Part shown: positions 8,625 through 16,877 of the stretch, piece after piece
Layout: each line of letters starts with the position of its first letter
Numbering within the stretch: the first letter of the stretch is position 1
Source: ANME-2 cluster archaeon
GTDB lineage: Archaea; Halobacteriota; Methanosarcinia; Methanosarcinales; Methanocomedenaceae
Direction: 5' to 3'
Length of the DNA stretch: 34,660 nt
Assembly (NCBI GenBank): GCA_023544495.1
Contig: JAMJFV010000002.1
Coordinates: 1-34,660, forward strand
Notes under the pieces: generated by a model
Told to the model about the DNA's origin: nothing
What the model saw: only the letters and a program-made list of their open reading frames with translations
Databases searched by the model: none
Program-made: the position numbers and the translations under genes

Positions 8625-9035
8625 ATGGTTGTAGATGTCAGGACACTTACAGTAGCAAACCTCATCATCCAGTTACTGCTGGTAATGATCATATCAGGTG
8701 CAGTATATCTGGCAAAGAACCGGGAAACTGGCAGGCACTGCACCGTCATGAATATTGCCGCACCTGTCGAGATAGCAGCAGTAGCTGCTGTAATGTTCCC
8801 CTCTATGGTAGGTTATGTCTTACATGAAGAGCCGCGTCTGGTCTTTTACCTTGTGATGGGAATACACCATACATTCGGCATTAGTGCAATTATGCTGTGG
8901 ATATACATTAATCTGGTATTCAGGGGAATCATGACAATGCCATCCAATCTCAGGACTGTCATGAAGCTGGCGCTTGCTTCGTGGATGTCATCCCTTGTCC
9001 TGGGTCTGTTCCTTCTGATACAGGTGTTATCATGA
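8625..9035 (+). CDS. Four-TM membrane protein with conserved His residues (DUF420-like layout, unconfirmed)
   Basis: Four hydrophobic helices, with KNRETGRH after TM1 and GIHH in TM3. Its stop overlaps the next start (ATGA at 9032-9035). Confidence 0.55.
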   Translation: MVVDVRTLTVANLIIQLLLVMIISGAVYLAKNRETGRHCTVMNIAAPVEIAAVAAVMFPSMVGYVLHEEPRLVFYLVMGIHHTFGISAIMLWIYINLVFRGIMTMPSNLRTVMKLALASWMSSLVLGLFLLIQVLS

Positions 9036-9895
9036 CAGGACAATATACATCATTTTCATTAAAGGAGGCCGGGGTTGAAATAGGAGAAAGTATCACTCTC
9101 ATGATGAAGATGGGCAGGAGTGGGAGCTATCCAGCTTCAAACATCCAGAAGGGGCTAGTACTTGTGTTCAGGGGTACAGATCTGTCCGAGGAGGGTATCG
9201 GGTTCGGAGTACCTCTGATCAGGTGCGGGTGGGAAGCGGTTTTCCCTGGTTCTGCCTGTATAACTCTTAAAAGAGAGGGGGACAGGACGGTAGTGAACAC
9301 TGACTACGACCTGAGGCTGGTAGAAAGGATGATAGTGAAAGAAAAAAAAAGAATAGAAAGCAGAACATTCTATAGAATAACAGGATATCTGTCCACACTG
9401 CACCGTAATTGTCCTCCCTTAAGAAAGATCCTCGCTTTGTCCTCAGGTATAGTACGGCGCATAACCGGAATGAATAACCAGTTTGAGGTCTGTAACTCCC
9501 GGGGGATCGTGAAAGTGGTCTACACCATTGAGCCCGGAGTGGGGTTGATTCATGTCAGTGTCGATGCCAGTGGAGTGAAGGAATGTGAAACCAAGGAGAT
9601 CATGATCATGAACGAACAGGGGGCCAGTCACTTCGAACAGTACACGGATACATGTGGAATAGCTCTTACGGGAGATGAAATAGGGACGTGGGATGAGACA
9701 TTTGCGGATGAAGCATCGTTCATAGATTGCAGGAATAATATCGAATTCACGCTCCAGAATGTGAAAGGTGCACGGGTGTTCAGGGGGAGGGAGCATGTTC
9801 CCGGACGTCTTGCCTGGGCAGGACTTGCCTGTGTTCTGCCTCGGTCAAAAGCCTGTTTCACCTACAGCATCAGGGTTGGGAGACACCGTGTATGA
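9032..9895 (+). CDS. Hypothetical protein (287 aa), translationally coupled to both neighbours
   Basis: ATGA overlaps at both ends (9032-9035 and 9892-9895). I recognise no family. Confidence 0.55.
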   Translation: MTGQYTSFSLKEAGVEIGESITLMMKMGRSGSYPASNIQKGLVLVFRGTDLSEEGIGFGVPLIRCGWEAVFPGSACITLKREGDRTVVNTDYDLRLVERMIVKEKKRIESRTFYRITGYLSTLHRNCPPLRKILALSSGIVRRITGMNNQFEVCNSRGIVKVVYTIEPGVGLIHVSVDASGVKECETKEIMIMNEQGASHFEQYTDTCGIALTGDEIGTWDETFADEASFIDCRNNIEFTLQNVKGARVFRGREHVPGRLAWAGLACVLPRSKACFTYSIRVGRHRV

Positions 9896-11274
9896 CATCT
9901 GTGCTTCTTATTTATCCCTATTTTGATAAAAAGTATAACAGATCGATCTTTCGATTTCCACCACTGGGTATTGGTTATGTGGCTGCCAGCCTCAGAGATG
10001 CAGGATACCATGTTGACATCATGGACTGCACTTTTATGGACAGGGATGATGCCATGGAAAAAGCAGTGAGATCCTGCCCGGATGTTATAGGTATATACAG
10101 CATGGTGACAATGCGGGAGGACAGCCTCAGATTTGCACAACATCTGAGGGGCAGTTGTGATCTTCTTGTGGCGGGAGGCCCTCTGCCTTCTTCTGATCCT
10201 GCGGCTTTTCTCCCTGAGTTCGATATTGTGCTCAGGGGAGAAGGTGAACATGTCATGGTAGATATCCTGCGTTCTTATGAAAGCGGTGATGATCCGGCGT
10301 CTGTACCGGGGATCGTGTACTGCAGGGGAAATAACGGCCGGACAACGAGCAGTGAAAACAATGATGAGATCGTTTTCACCGGTACGAGTGCAATGGAACC
10401 CGACCTTGACAGCATTTCTTTTCCTGCACGAGATCTGCTGCCGAACGATACCTATATCGAATACTGGAAAAAGAGGTTCGGATATGCTGCCACCACTGTG
10501 ATTACAACCAGGGGCTGCCCGTTTGCCTGTGAGTTTTGCAGTAATGCTGTTTTTGGTGTTTCCTACCGTGAAAGATCACCAGAGAATGTGATCGATGAAG
10601 TTGAACAGGCGCTCTCACTGGGGTATGATCATATCCACTTTGCCGACGACGTATTCACACTCAATAAGGAGAGGATTATCAGGATATGCACCGAGATAAT
10701 GAAGAGAGATCTCTGCTTTACCTGGGAATGTCTGGGCAGAGTGGATTCAATGGACCAGGAGATAGCATCTGCCATGAAGTCTGCCGGCTGTAACAGGATA
10801 TTCTTCGGAATCGAATCCGGCAGTAATCCAGTACTGGAAATGATGAACAAAAAGATTACTGTGGATCAGGCCCTCAGGGTGGTCAATGCAGTGCATTCAG
10901 CCGGAATCATGACAGGAGCCTTTTTTATCCTCTGTTATCCGGGGGAAACAGACAGTACTGTTCTGGATACACTGAGATTCTCAACATCCCTCCCCCTCGA
11001 CTACCTCTCCTTCACGATGCCGTATCCGCTTCCGGGCACTGCTCTTTATGAACGGGTAAAAGACAGGATTATCATGGAATGGGAGGCACCGGAAGGTCCT
11101 GCATCAGATCATGTCCTTACGTATAATGCCGACTTCTCAGAATCTAAAATGAAATTCGCCATTCTAAAAGGCCAGGTTCAGTTCGGGATCAGGAAGAGGT
11201 TCGGGAAATTATCCTTTTTCGTCGTAAAACCATTTGAGATACTAACTGATACTGTTTTCAGGCTTTTAAGGTGA
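9892..11274 (+). CDS. B12-binding-domain (class B) radical SAM enzyme
   Basis: N-terminal cobalamin-binding-like domain (LLIYPYF...PPLGIGYVAASLRDAGYHVDIMDC). Radical SAM cluster motif TTRGCPFACEFCSN (CxxxCxxC). Confidence 0.85.
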   Translation: MTSVLLIYPYFDKKYNRSIFRFPPLGIGYVAASLRDAGYHVDIMDCTFMDRDDAMEKAVRSCPDVIGIYSMVTMREDSLRFAQHLRGSCDLLVAGGPLPSSDPAAFLPEFDIVLRGEGEHVMVDILRSYESGDDPASVPGIVYCRGNNGRTTSSENNDEIVFTGTSAMEPDLDSISFPARDLLPNDTYIEYWKKRFGYAATTVITTRGCPFACEFCSNAVFGVSYRERSPENVIDEVEQALSLGYDHIHFADDVFTLNKERIIRICTEIMKRDLCFTWECLGRVDSMDQEIASAMKSAGCNRIFFGIESGSNPVLEMMNKKITVDQALRVVNAVHSAGIMTGAFFILCYPGETDSTVLDTLRFSTSLPLDYLSFTMPYPLPGTALYERVKDRIIMEWEAPEGPASDHVLTYNADFSESKMKFAILKGQVQFGIRKRFGKLSFFVVKPFEILTDTVFRLLR

Positions 11275-11312
11275 TTATGCCAGGGGTAGAAGAGTAACAA
11301 TCATTGTGCTGT

Positions 11313-11726
11313 TCATACTGACGCCACAAATTCAAGTACTCTGTCGCGAAGTTCATCTATATCCCCATAGCTCAGGGCATCAACCTCCTTATTCCCCAAC
11401 ACCATGGCAGACACCTTGGCCCCCTGTTCATATACACAGAGCACAGGTTTCTTCAGACCTACAGCAAGGCATATCTCATATCCGACACCTGTTGAAGGTA
11501 CGCTCACCTCTGCCACCATGCAGTCACACCGCTCGATACCGTCCATATCCCTCAGAAAGATCTCTTCCTCGGTCATGTCTTCTTCCCGGGAGAACACGTT
11601 TTTCTCTGCTACATGTTCACTCAGGACCTCCAATCCCGCATCTATCATCACATCAGCCATGAACCTGTACATTCCAGCCAACCTCCGTCCCCCGCGTATA
11701 GCGCCTGAGAGGAACACCCGCCTCAT
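11313..11726 (-). CDS. Nucleoside 2-deoxyribosyltransferase-fold protein, DNPH1 (2'-deoxynucleoside 5'-phosphate N-hydrolase)-like
   Basis: VFLSGAIRGGRR...VLSEHV...RDMDGIERCDCMVAEVSVPSTGVGYEICLAV...PVLCVY...VSAMVLGN parallels the DNPH1/Rcl motifs (GSIRGG, AEVT.PS.GVGYE, SAMI.G). Its start overlaps the U32 stop (TAATG). Confidence 0.8.
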   Translation of the reverse strand: MRRVFLSGAIRGGRRLAGMYRFMADVMIDAGLEVLSEHVAEKNVFSREEDMTEEEIFLRDMDGIERCDCMVAEVSVPSTGVGYEICLAVGLKKPVLCVYEQGAKVSAMVLGNKEVDALSYGDIDELRDRVLEFVASV

Positions 11727-14344
11727 TACAATACACCCCTGAAATAATGGCCTGAGGTCAGGCCGCTGGTAAACATCTGCTTCACCTGTGCCAGGTACTC
11801 GCTCCCATCGAACTGTTCTCCCGCTGCAATGCAGGAATCAAGGGCCTGCCTGTAGAGCCCCGTAATCTCGCTCACCTGCGCATTATTATATCGATGTGCA
11901 TCGATCCTTAATGATCTGGCACCCGCATCCAGCACACCCGGCAGGCGGTCTATCATGCACAGTTCCCGGGAATTGTACACATGCGTCCTGCACCTGCTGT
12001 CCTGCTCGACTGGGAACGTGAATTTCTTCTCATCCCTGATGGCATAGGGAACATCACACAGTCTTTCGACCCTGAATCCACGAACGTCATTCTTATCTCT
12101 CTTAGGATTATCACATCCTTTGATCCCCCCGATGAGGCAATGTTCAGATACCATCAACTGCACACTCCCCTGCACAACACATTCAATATTGTACCCTTCA
12201 GACATGCCCGCTATCTCCTCAAGGGTAAGTTCAGGCGAAATAGTAATGCTGCCCGCTCCCATATCGGTCAGGACATCCAATGTATGGCGGTTGAAAGCAT
12301 TCGCAGGATAGTCCACTGCCAGTGCAATGTCCATATCCCTGAACATGTATAGCTGGTCCGGTGCAGCCGCAAGTATACCGTCAATCGTGCTCAATCCCCT
12401 GACCGTGTTAATGACCAGGTCTGCCTCGCTGTCCTTTATAATATCCGGCAACCGGATAAATACGGTTGCACCTGCCAGATGTGCTTTCGTTATCGCGGCA
12501 TCGGTCAGGGGTATATTCCCGGTGATGCCCTCACTATCAAGATAAACCCTATCAGCACCGGCTGACACAGCGGTATGGACGCCATCAGGTCCGGATACCC
12601 GAACGGACAATAGTGGTCTGGCGGCTTCGTTACTATTTGCATGAAGGATAGTACCGGATCGGAGTATATCGGATCGGAGTGTATCGGATAGAGGTGTATC
12701 GGATAGAGGTGTATCGGATAGGGGTATATCGGATAGGAGTGTATCGGATGGAAGCGTATCGGATCGGAGTGTATCGGATGGGGGTATATCTGAGAGGAGT
12801 GTATCGGATACTTTTGTTTTACATGTGCGCCGATATTTTTCTACACGCAGTTGCGCAAGCTTATCCACAGCCTCGCGCCTCACAGAATTTATGACACCTA
12901 TGGGTATGAAAATATTCTCATCCTTCTGTATGTCAACATTTTCAGCCGCAAACACGGTATCACCCAATTTGCTGACCCGTACCTTCATACCCTTTTCATC
13001 CAGCGGCCGCTGCCTTGCAGATGAAACGACGGTATCCGATACTGCCCGGGCTATTGATCCATCCCTGTCAGTTAGCTTTATCAGTAATTCTTTCCCGGCC
13101 ATTGCCTCCACTTCAATATCCACCGGGACCTTTCTCTGGATCGAATGGTATGTCTGGGTTATCCATTCCATCAGCACAGGGTCAAAGTTCCTGTACACAG
13201 GAGTACCGTTGGGAACCGGTGTGTCAAAAGTAAAACTTACTGTGGAACCAGCCGATCCCGTGTCGATCTTCTCTCTTCCTATCCATAATGTGTTGACAGT
13301 TGTGCCAGTATCGCCGATCGAGACTCCATCACCCTGATTGAGGGGGACATCCAGCTTCACAGACACTCTACCACGCCCACCACCGCCGTATCCGGTCACA
13401 CGTCCTATCAGCGTACCGCGATTACCAGACTTATCCATGCTCATAAGAGAACTGCCAGGATCACCTGCCATATACCCTTCTGTGAATCCCCTGCTGAATA
13501 TGGTCTCAAGACGCTGCTGTTCTTCTGGTGTAATAGTGGCATCCGGGTCACGGGAAAACCTGTCCAGGATATCCCTGTAGGTCTTTGTGACCGCAGCTAC
13601 ATATTCAGGACGTTTCATGCGCCCTTCTATCTTCAGGGAATCAACGCCTGCTTCCATCAGGTCATGCAGCCGGAAGGACAGGTTGAGGTCCTTTGGACTC
13701 AACAGGTATCCGGTACTGTTCCTGCGCCCAGGCAATTCATACAATTTCCTGCATGGTTGCGCACAGTGTCCACGGTTACCGCTTCTGCCGCCCATGAGAC
13801 TGCTCATAAGGCACCTGCCCGAATAGCAGATACATAATGCTCCGTGTACAAAAACCTCAAGTTCGATATCTGTGCCCGAACGGACAGACCGTATCTCGTC
13901 AAGGCTCATTTCCCTGGAAAGCACTGCCCGTTTCACTCCCAGGTCCCGGAGCATTCGTGTTCCTGAGCTATTATGGATGGTCATCTGCGTACTTGCAGTG
14001 ATGGGCAGACCGGGCATGTGTCTCCTGAGCATCCTCAGCAATCCTATATCCTGGACGATCACAGCATCTGCCCCGTGAATGCAGAGCTGTTCCAGATACG
14101 CTGTGGCATCACTGAGTTCACGGTCCTTCAAAAGAGTATTGACAGTAATATAGGCCGGGACATCTCTCTGGTGGGCAAAATCAATTGCCTTCAGTAATCC
14201 CTCTGTGTCAAAATTATCGGCCGATTGTCTGGCACTGAACTCCTTTGCTCCCAGATAGACTGCATCTGCTCCGTTCTCCACAGCCGCTTTCAATGATTCC
14301 ATACTGCCGGCAGGGGACAGCAATTCCGGTGTTTTACGATTCAT
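11726..14344 (-). CDS. Double-domain peptidase U32 family protein (872 aa) with a repeat linker
   Basis: The N-terminal unit has LLSPAGS...AV.NGADAVYLG and EVFVHGALCICYSGRCLMSS. The second, U32-like unit has VQGSVQLMVSEHCLIGG. The halves are joined by an SDTLx pentapeptide repeat. Confidence 0.9.
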   Translation of the reverse strand: MNRKTPELLSPAGSMESLKAAVENGADAVYLGAKEFSARQSADNFDTEGLLKAIDFAHQRDVPAYITVNTLLKDRELSDATAYLEQLCIHGADAVIVQDIGLLRMLRRHMPGLPITASTQMTIHNSSGTRMLRDLGVKRAVLSREMSLDEIRSVRSGTDIELEVFVHGALCICYSGRCLMSSLMGGRSGNRGHCAQPCRKLYELPGRRNSTGYLLSPKDLNLSFRLHDLMEAGVDSLKIEGRMKRPEYVAAVTKTYRDILDRFSRDPDATITPEEQQRLETIFSRGFTEGYMAGDPGSSLMSMDKSGNRGTLIGRVTGYGGGGRGRVSVKLDVPLNQGDGVSIGDTGTTVNTLWIGREKIDTGSAGSTVSFTFDTPVPNGTPVYRNFDPVLMEWITQTYHSIQRKVPVDIEVEAMAGKELLIKLTDRDGSIARAVSDTVVSSARQRPLDEKGMKVRVSKLGDTVFAAENVDIQKDENIFIPIGVINSVRREAVDKLAQLRVEKYRRTCKTKVSDTLLSDIPPSDTLRSDTLPSDTLLSDIPLSDTPLSDTPLSDTLRSDILRSGTILHANSNEAARPLLSVRVSGPDGVHTAVSAGADRVYLDSEGITGNIPLTDAAITKAHLAGATVFIRLPDIIKDSEADLVINTVRGLSTIDGILAAAPDQLYMFRDMDIALAVDYPANAFNRHTLDVLTDMGAGSITISPELTLEEIAGMSEGYNIECVVQGSVQLMVSEHCLIGGIKGCDNPKRDKNDVRGFRVERLCDVPYAIRDEKKFTFPVEQDSRCRTHVYNSRELCMIDRLPGVLDAGARSLRIDAHRYNNAQVSEITGLYRQALDSCIAAGEQFDGSEYLAQVKQMFTSGLTSGHYFRGVL
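12656..12811. repeat. Imperfect 15-bp tandem repeat, about 10.4 copies, in frame inside the U32 gene
   Basis: Units ggatcggagtatatc / ggatcggagtgtatc / ggatagaggtgtatc (x2) / ggataggggtatatc / ggataggagtgtatc / ggatggaagcgtatc / ggatcggagtgtatc / ggatgggggtatatc / tgagaggagtgtatc / ggatac. They encode SDTLL SDIPP SDTLR SDTLP SDTLL SDIPL SDTPL SDTPL SDTLR SDILR. Confidence 0.95.
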
Positions 14345-14405
14345 ACAATTTCCTGTTCCTCATAACAAGATGGAAAGATATAAGAGTGTCTAAAAATAAG
14401 ACTAA

Positions 14406-14660
14406 ATGAAGGTGAATAACGTGCTAAAAGAATTAGTCGATTCAGAGTTAAAATTATATTACCTGGCCCTGGCAACAGCAATAGTGGCTGCCTTTATGGG
14501 CATCACATTTCTTATATTCAAGTCAACATCCACACTGGTGATGATGATGTCCGGTATTCTTATCTTTATAGCTGCAATTATTATCCTGGTGGTTGCTGTA
14601 TACCTTGATTATATCGAGGGCAGGTTTAACACTTCGTATCAATACAGTTCCGGAAGATAA
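14406..14660 (+). CDS. Small two-TM membrane protein, hypothetical
   Basis: An 84-aa ORF with two hydrophobic helices. No homology recognised. Confidence 0.4.
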   Translation: MKVNNVLKELVDSELKLYYLALATAIVAAFMGITFLIFKSTSTLVMMMSGILIFIAAIIILVVAVYLDYIEGRFNTSYQYSSGR

Positions 14661-14756
14661 AGATCAAGTAGTCACTGTTTGATAGTGCAAGAAGTATTAC
14701 TCTGTATCAGTACATAAGGTAACCTTGTGTAGAAGGCACAATTGGAAGTAACCTAC

Positions 14757-15914
14757 ATGCCTGTCGACCCTATCTGCAAACGTGAAGTCCCACTGACAAC
14801 TCCGTATATTACCGAATCAGAAGGACAAACATATTATTTTCATGATCCTGAATGCAAAAAGAAATTCGATGACATGGCAAAGAACATTGTCAGGGTCAAA
14901 CGCAGCCTGAAAGATAAAGAGAAGATATCATTCGGACGGCTGCGAAAGGATATTATCAAAGCAGGTATCTGTGCGGCATGTGGCGCCTGTGCTGCCAGCT
15001 GTCCCTCCATAATCATGGATGGCGAAAAGCCCAAGCTGATAGGGCCGTGTACAGCCTGCAGTATCTGCTACAACCAGTGTCCCCGCACCATTACCACCGA
15101 GAACGGGCTTATCGGCAGGATACGATATCCCTATGCAGCCCGGTCGACCATAAAAGAGATCAGGGGACAGGACGGGGGTGTGGTCACGGCCCTGCTGGCC
15201 TATGCACTGGAGGAAGGCCTCATAGACTGTGCCATCGTGACAGTAAAATCCAGGGATGACCCCTGGAGACCCGTACCTGTCATTGCCACAACCCTCGATG
15301 AATTGATGGAGTCTGCCGGCAGCATCTACACTCACAGTATGACCATCCAGGCCCTTATGAACGCTGTCCAGCAGGGTATGCGGAGTATTGCTTTCGTGGG
15401 ACCATCCTGCAATATCGATGCGGTCTATAAGATATACAAAAGCCCTTACGGATTGCTGCACATGTTCATGCGTGCCAATATTCTTCCCCTGGGCTTGTTC
15501 TGCATGGACACGTTCTCCCATGAAGGTATTGAAGAGTTTGTTGCATCCAAGAACATAAAACTGTCCGAAATTGAGAGCATGAAGATACGGCGGGGAAAGA
15601 TCGAACTGGAAACTGGCGGGGAGACCATGGTGTACTACCTCGGTGAACTTGATCCTTACCGGAGTTCTTCATGCAAGTACTGTACCGACCTGACTGCCGA
15701 GAATGCGGCTATCAGTTTTGGGGGTGTTGGCACTCCTGACGGCTGGACCACGGTATTTACCAGGACTGGCCGGGGGTACGAAATATTCAACGAGGCGGTA
15801 GAGGCTGGTTATATCGAATCCAGGGACCTTGAAGAAAAGGAGATGACAAGGGTATTGAACCTTGCCAGGATGAAAAAGGTCCAGAAGTATGGCGTCATGC
15901 GCAGGGAAAAATAA
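14757..15914 (+). CDS. YHS/TRASH-like domain + 2x[4Fe-4S] ferredoxin + coenzyme F420 hydrogenase/dehydrogenase beta subunit (FrhB/FpoF-like) fusion protein
   Basis: N-terminus MPVDPICKREVPLTTPYITESEGQTYYFHDPECKKKFDD (YHS-like). Cluster motifs CAACGACAASCP and CTACSICYNQCP. FrhB N- and C-domains (DGGVVTALLAYALEEGLIDCAIV; FVGPSCNIDAV). The ATG at 14757 is preferred over the TTG at 14742. Confidence 0.8.
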   Translation: MPVDPICKREVPLTTPYITESEGQTYYFHDPECKKKFDDMAKNIVRVKRSLKDKEKISFGRLRKDIIKAGICAACGACAASCPSIIMDGEKPKLIGPCTACSICYNQCPRTITTENGLIGRIRYPYAARSTIKEIRGQDGGVVTALLAYALEEGLIDCAIVTVKSRDDPWRPVPVIATTLDELMESAGSIYTHSMTIQALMNAVQQGMRSIAFVGPSCNIDAVYKIYKSPYGLLHMFMRANILPLGLFCMDTFSHEGIEEFVASKNIKLSEIESMKIRRGKIELETGGETMVYYLGELDPYRSSSCKYCTDLTAENAAISFGGVGTPDGWTTVFTRTGRGYEIFNEAVEAGYIESRDLEEKEMTRVLNLARMKKVQKYGVMRREK

Positions 15915-15918
15915 CAGG

Positions 15919-16278
15919 TCAACCGAATATGCCCAGGAAATCCTTGAGTTCGGACAGTCTCTGCGGCACTCGTTCTTCTATAACCTCAATAAATGCGTTC
16001 GTATCCCCTTCTGCCAGCCCCCTGGTGTCCTCCTGCGCTTTGAGGCCAAGGTCCAGCAGGTATTCCAGTTCCTCATCGGTGAGCCGGAGCAAGCGCTCCT
16101 TAAAATCTTCACTCGACTCGGCCACCTTGTGGGACAGAGGGCGCAGGATGAACAGGTACTGGTGACCGGCCGGGGAATTCAGGTTGCCTTCCATTTCGGG
16201 AGCCAGCTTGTTGAAAATGTCGATGTCTTTTTGGCTGAATTCTCTTGACATTAACAGTGAAATGGTGTTATTTGTCAA
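15919..16278 (-). CDS. Hypothetical acidic protein (119 aa)
   Basis: The ORF is convergent with the FrhB-like gene and has block-1 composition. No family recognised. The start could be the internal M (MSREF...). Confidence 0.45.
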   Translation of the reverse strand: MTNNTISLLMSREFSQKDIDIFNKLAPEMEGNLNSPAGHQYLFILRPLSHKVAESSEDFKERLLRLTDEELEYLLDLGLKAQEDTRGLAEGDTNAFIEVIEERVPQRLSELKDFLGIFG

Positions 16279-16616
16279 TAGTATTTTCCCTTCTATGATG
16301 TGCCGGGTGTTTTTTTGGCTAAGCTTGTGATGCTTGTTCTAAGGGCAGGGCACAGAAAGAATATTTATAAACAATGAGTTTCTTTGGCCGGCTTTCATAA
16401 CCAAATCGCATGTACGGATTTTAACCTGCAGTAGGATGTTTTTTACTTTAGTTTATGGGTTGGTTTTCTTTCTTATGGTTTATGGTATGCCATCACGGAC
16501 CGGCCGGATTGGAAATCCGGGGCATCCCGGGACGGATGCTCGTGGTTCAAACATCCAGTTTTCTGGGTTTTTGCTTTTCTTTTCAGGTTAGATTTTTTTT
16601 CAAAAGCAGTTTTTAT

Positions 16617-16679
16617 TTAGCCTAAATATTCTAAGAACTTAATAAGTTCTTTGCCTTTGAATACAGGAAGTTTAGGCAT
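16617..16679 (-). pseudogene. hicA: HicA-type toxin remnant (only the first 20 codons are recognisable)
   Basis: MPKLPVFKGKELIKFLEYLG followed by a stop. This matches the conserved HicA N-terminus (MPKLP..SGKE.IK.LE..GF). Downstream sequence in the same frame is only vaguely HicA-like. Confidence 0.55.
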
Positions 16680-16695
16680 TCTGAGCAACTTCTAT

Positions 16696-16877
16696 TTATC
16701 TAAATCCTACAAATTTATTTAACTCTTCGAGGCATATCTCTACGACTTCTTTTATGTTCTCCAGGGCTTCGTCTATAGTCTCACCGTAGGAATGGCCACC
16801 TTTGAAGTCTGGGCAACTTACTATATATAACCATCTTCGTCAACTTCAATTATTATTGGCAGATGTAATGTTTCCAT
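16696..16877 (-). pseudogene. hicB: HicB/UPF0150-family antitoxin, frameshifted
   Basis: METLHLPIIIEVDEDGYI runs into a stop. After a 1-nt shift it continues VSCPDFKGGHSYGETIDEALENIKEVVEICLEELNKFVGFR. Together these reproduce the HicB N-domain pattern (..EDGGY.A..PDLPGC.S.GET.EEAL.NIKEAIE..LE). Confidence 0.65.

Noticed and set aside
12656-12811. Possible CRISPR array
   Set aside because: The units are only 15 bp and directly adjacent with no spacers. They lie in frame inside a coding sequence, and no cas genes are present in the window.
12679-12894. ORF of 71 aa (MYRIEVYRIEVYRIGVY...) on the + strand
   Set aside because: It is the antisense reading of the 15-bp tandem repeat inside the well-supported U32 gene. 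It is a repeat-driven artefact.
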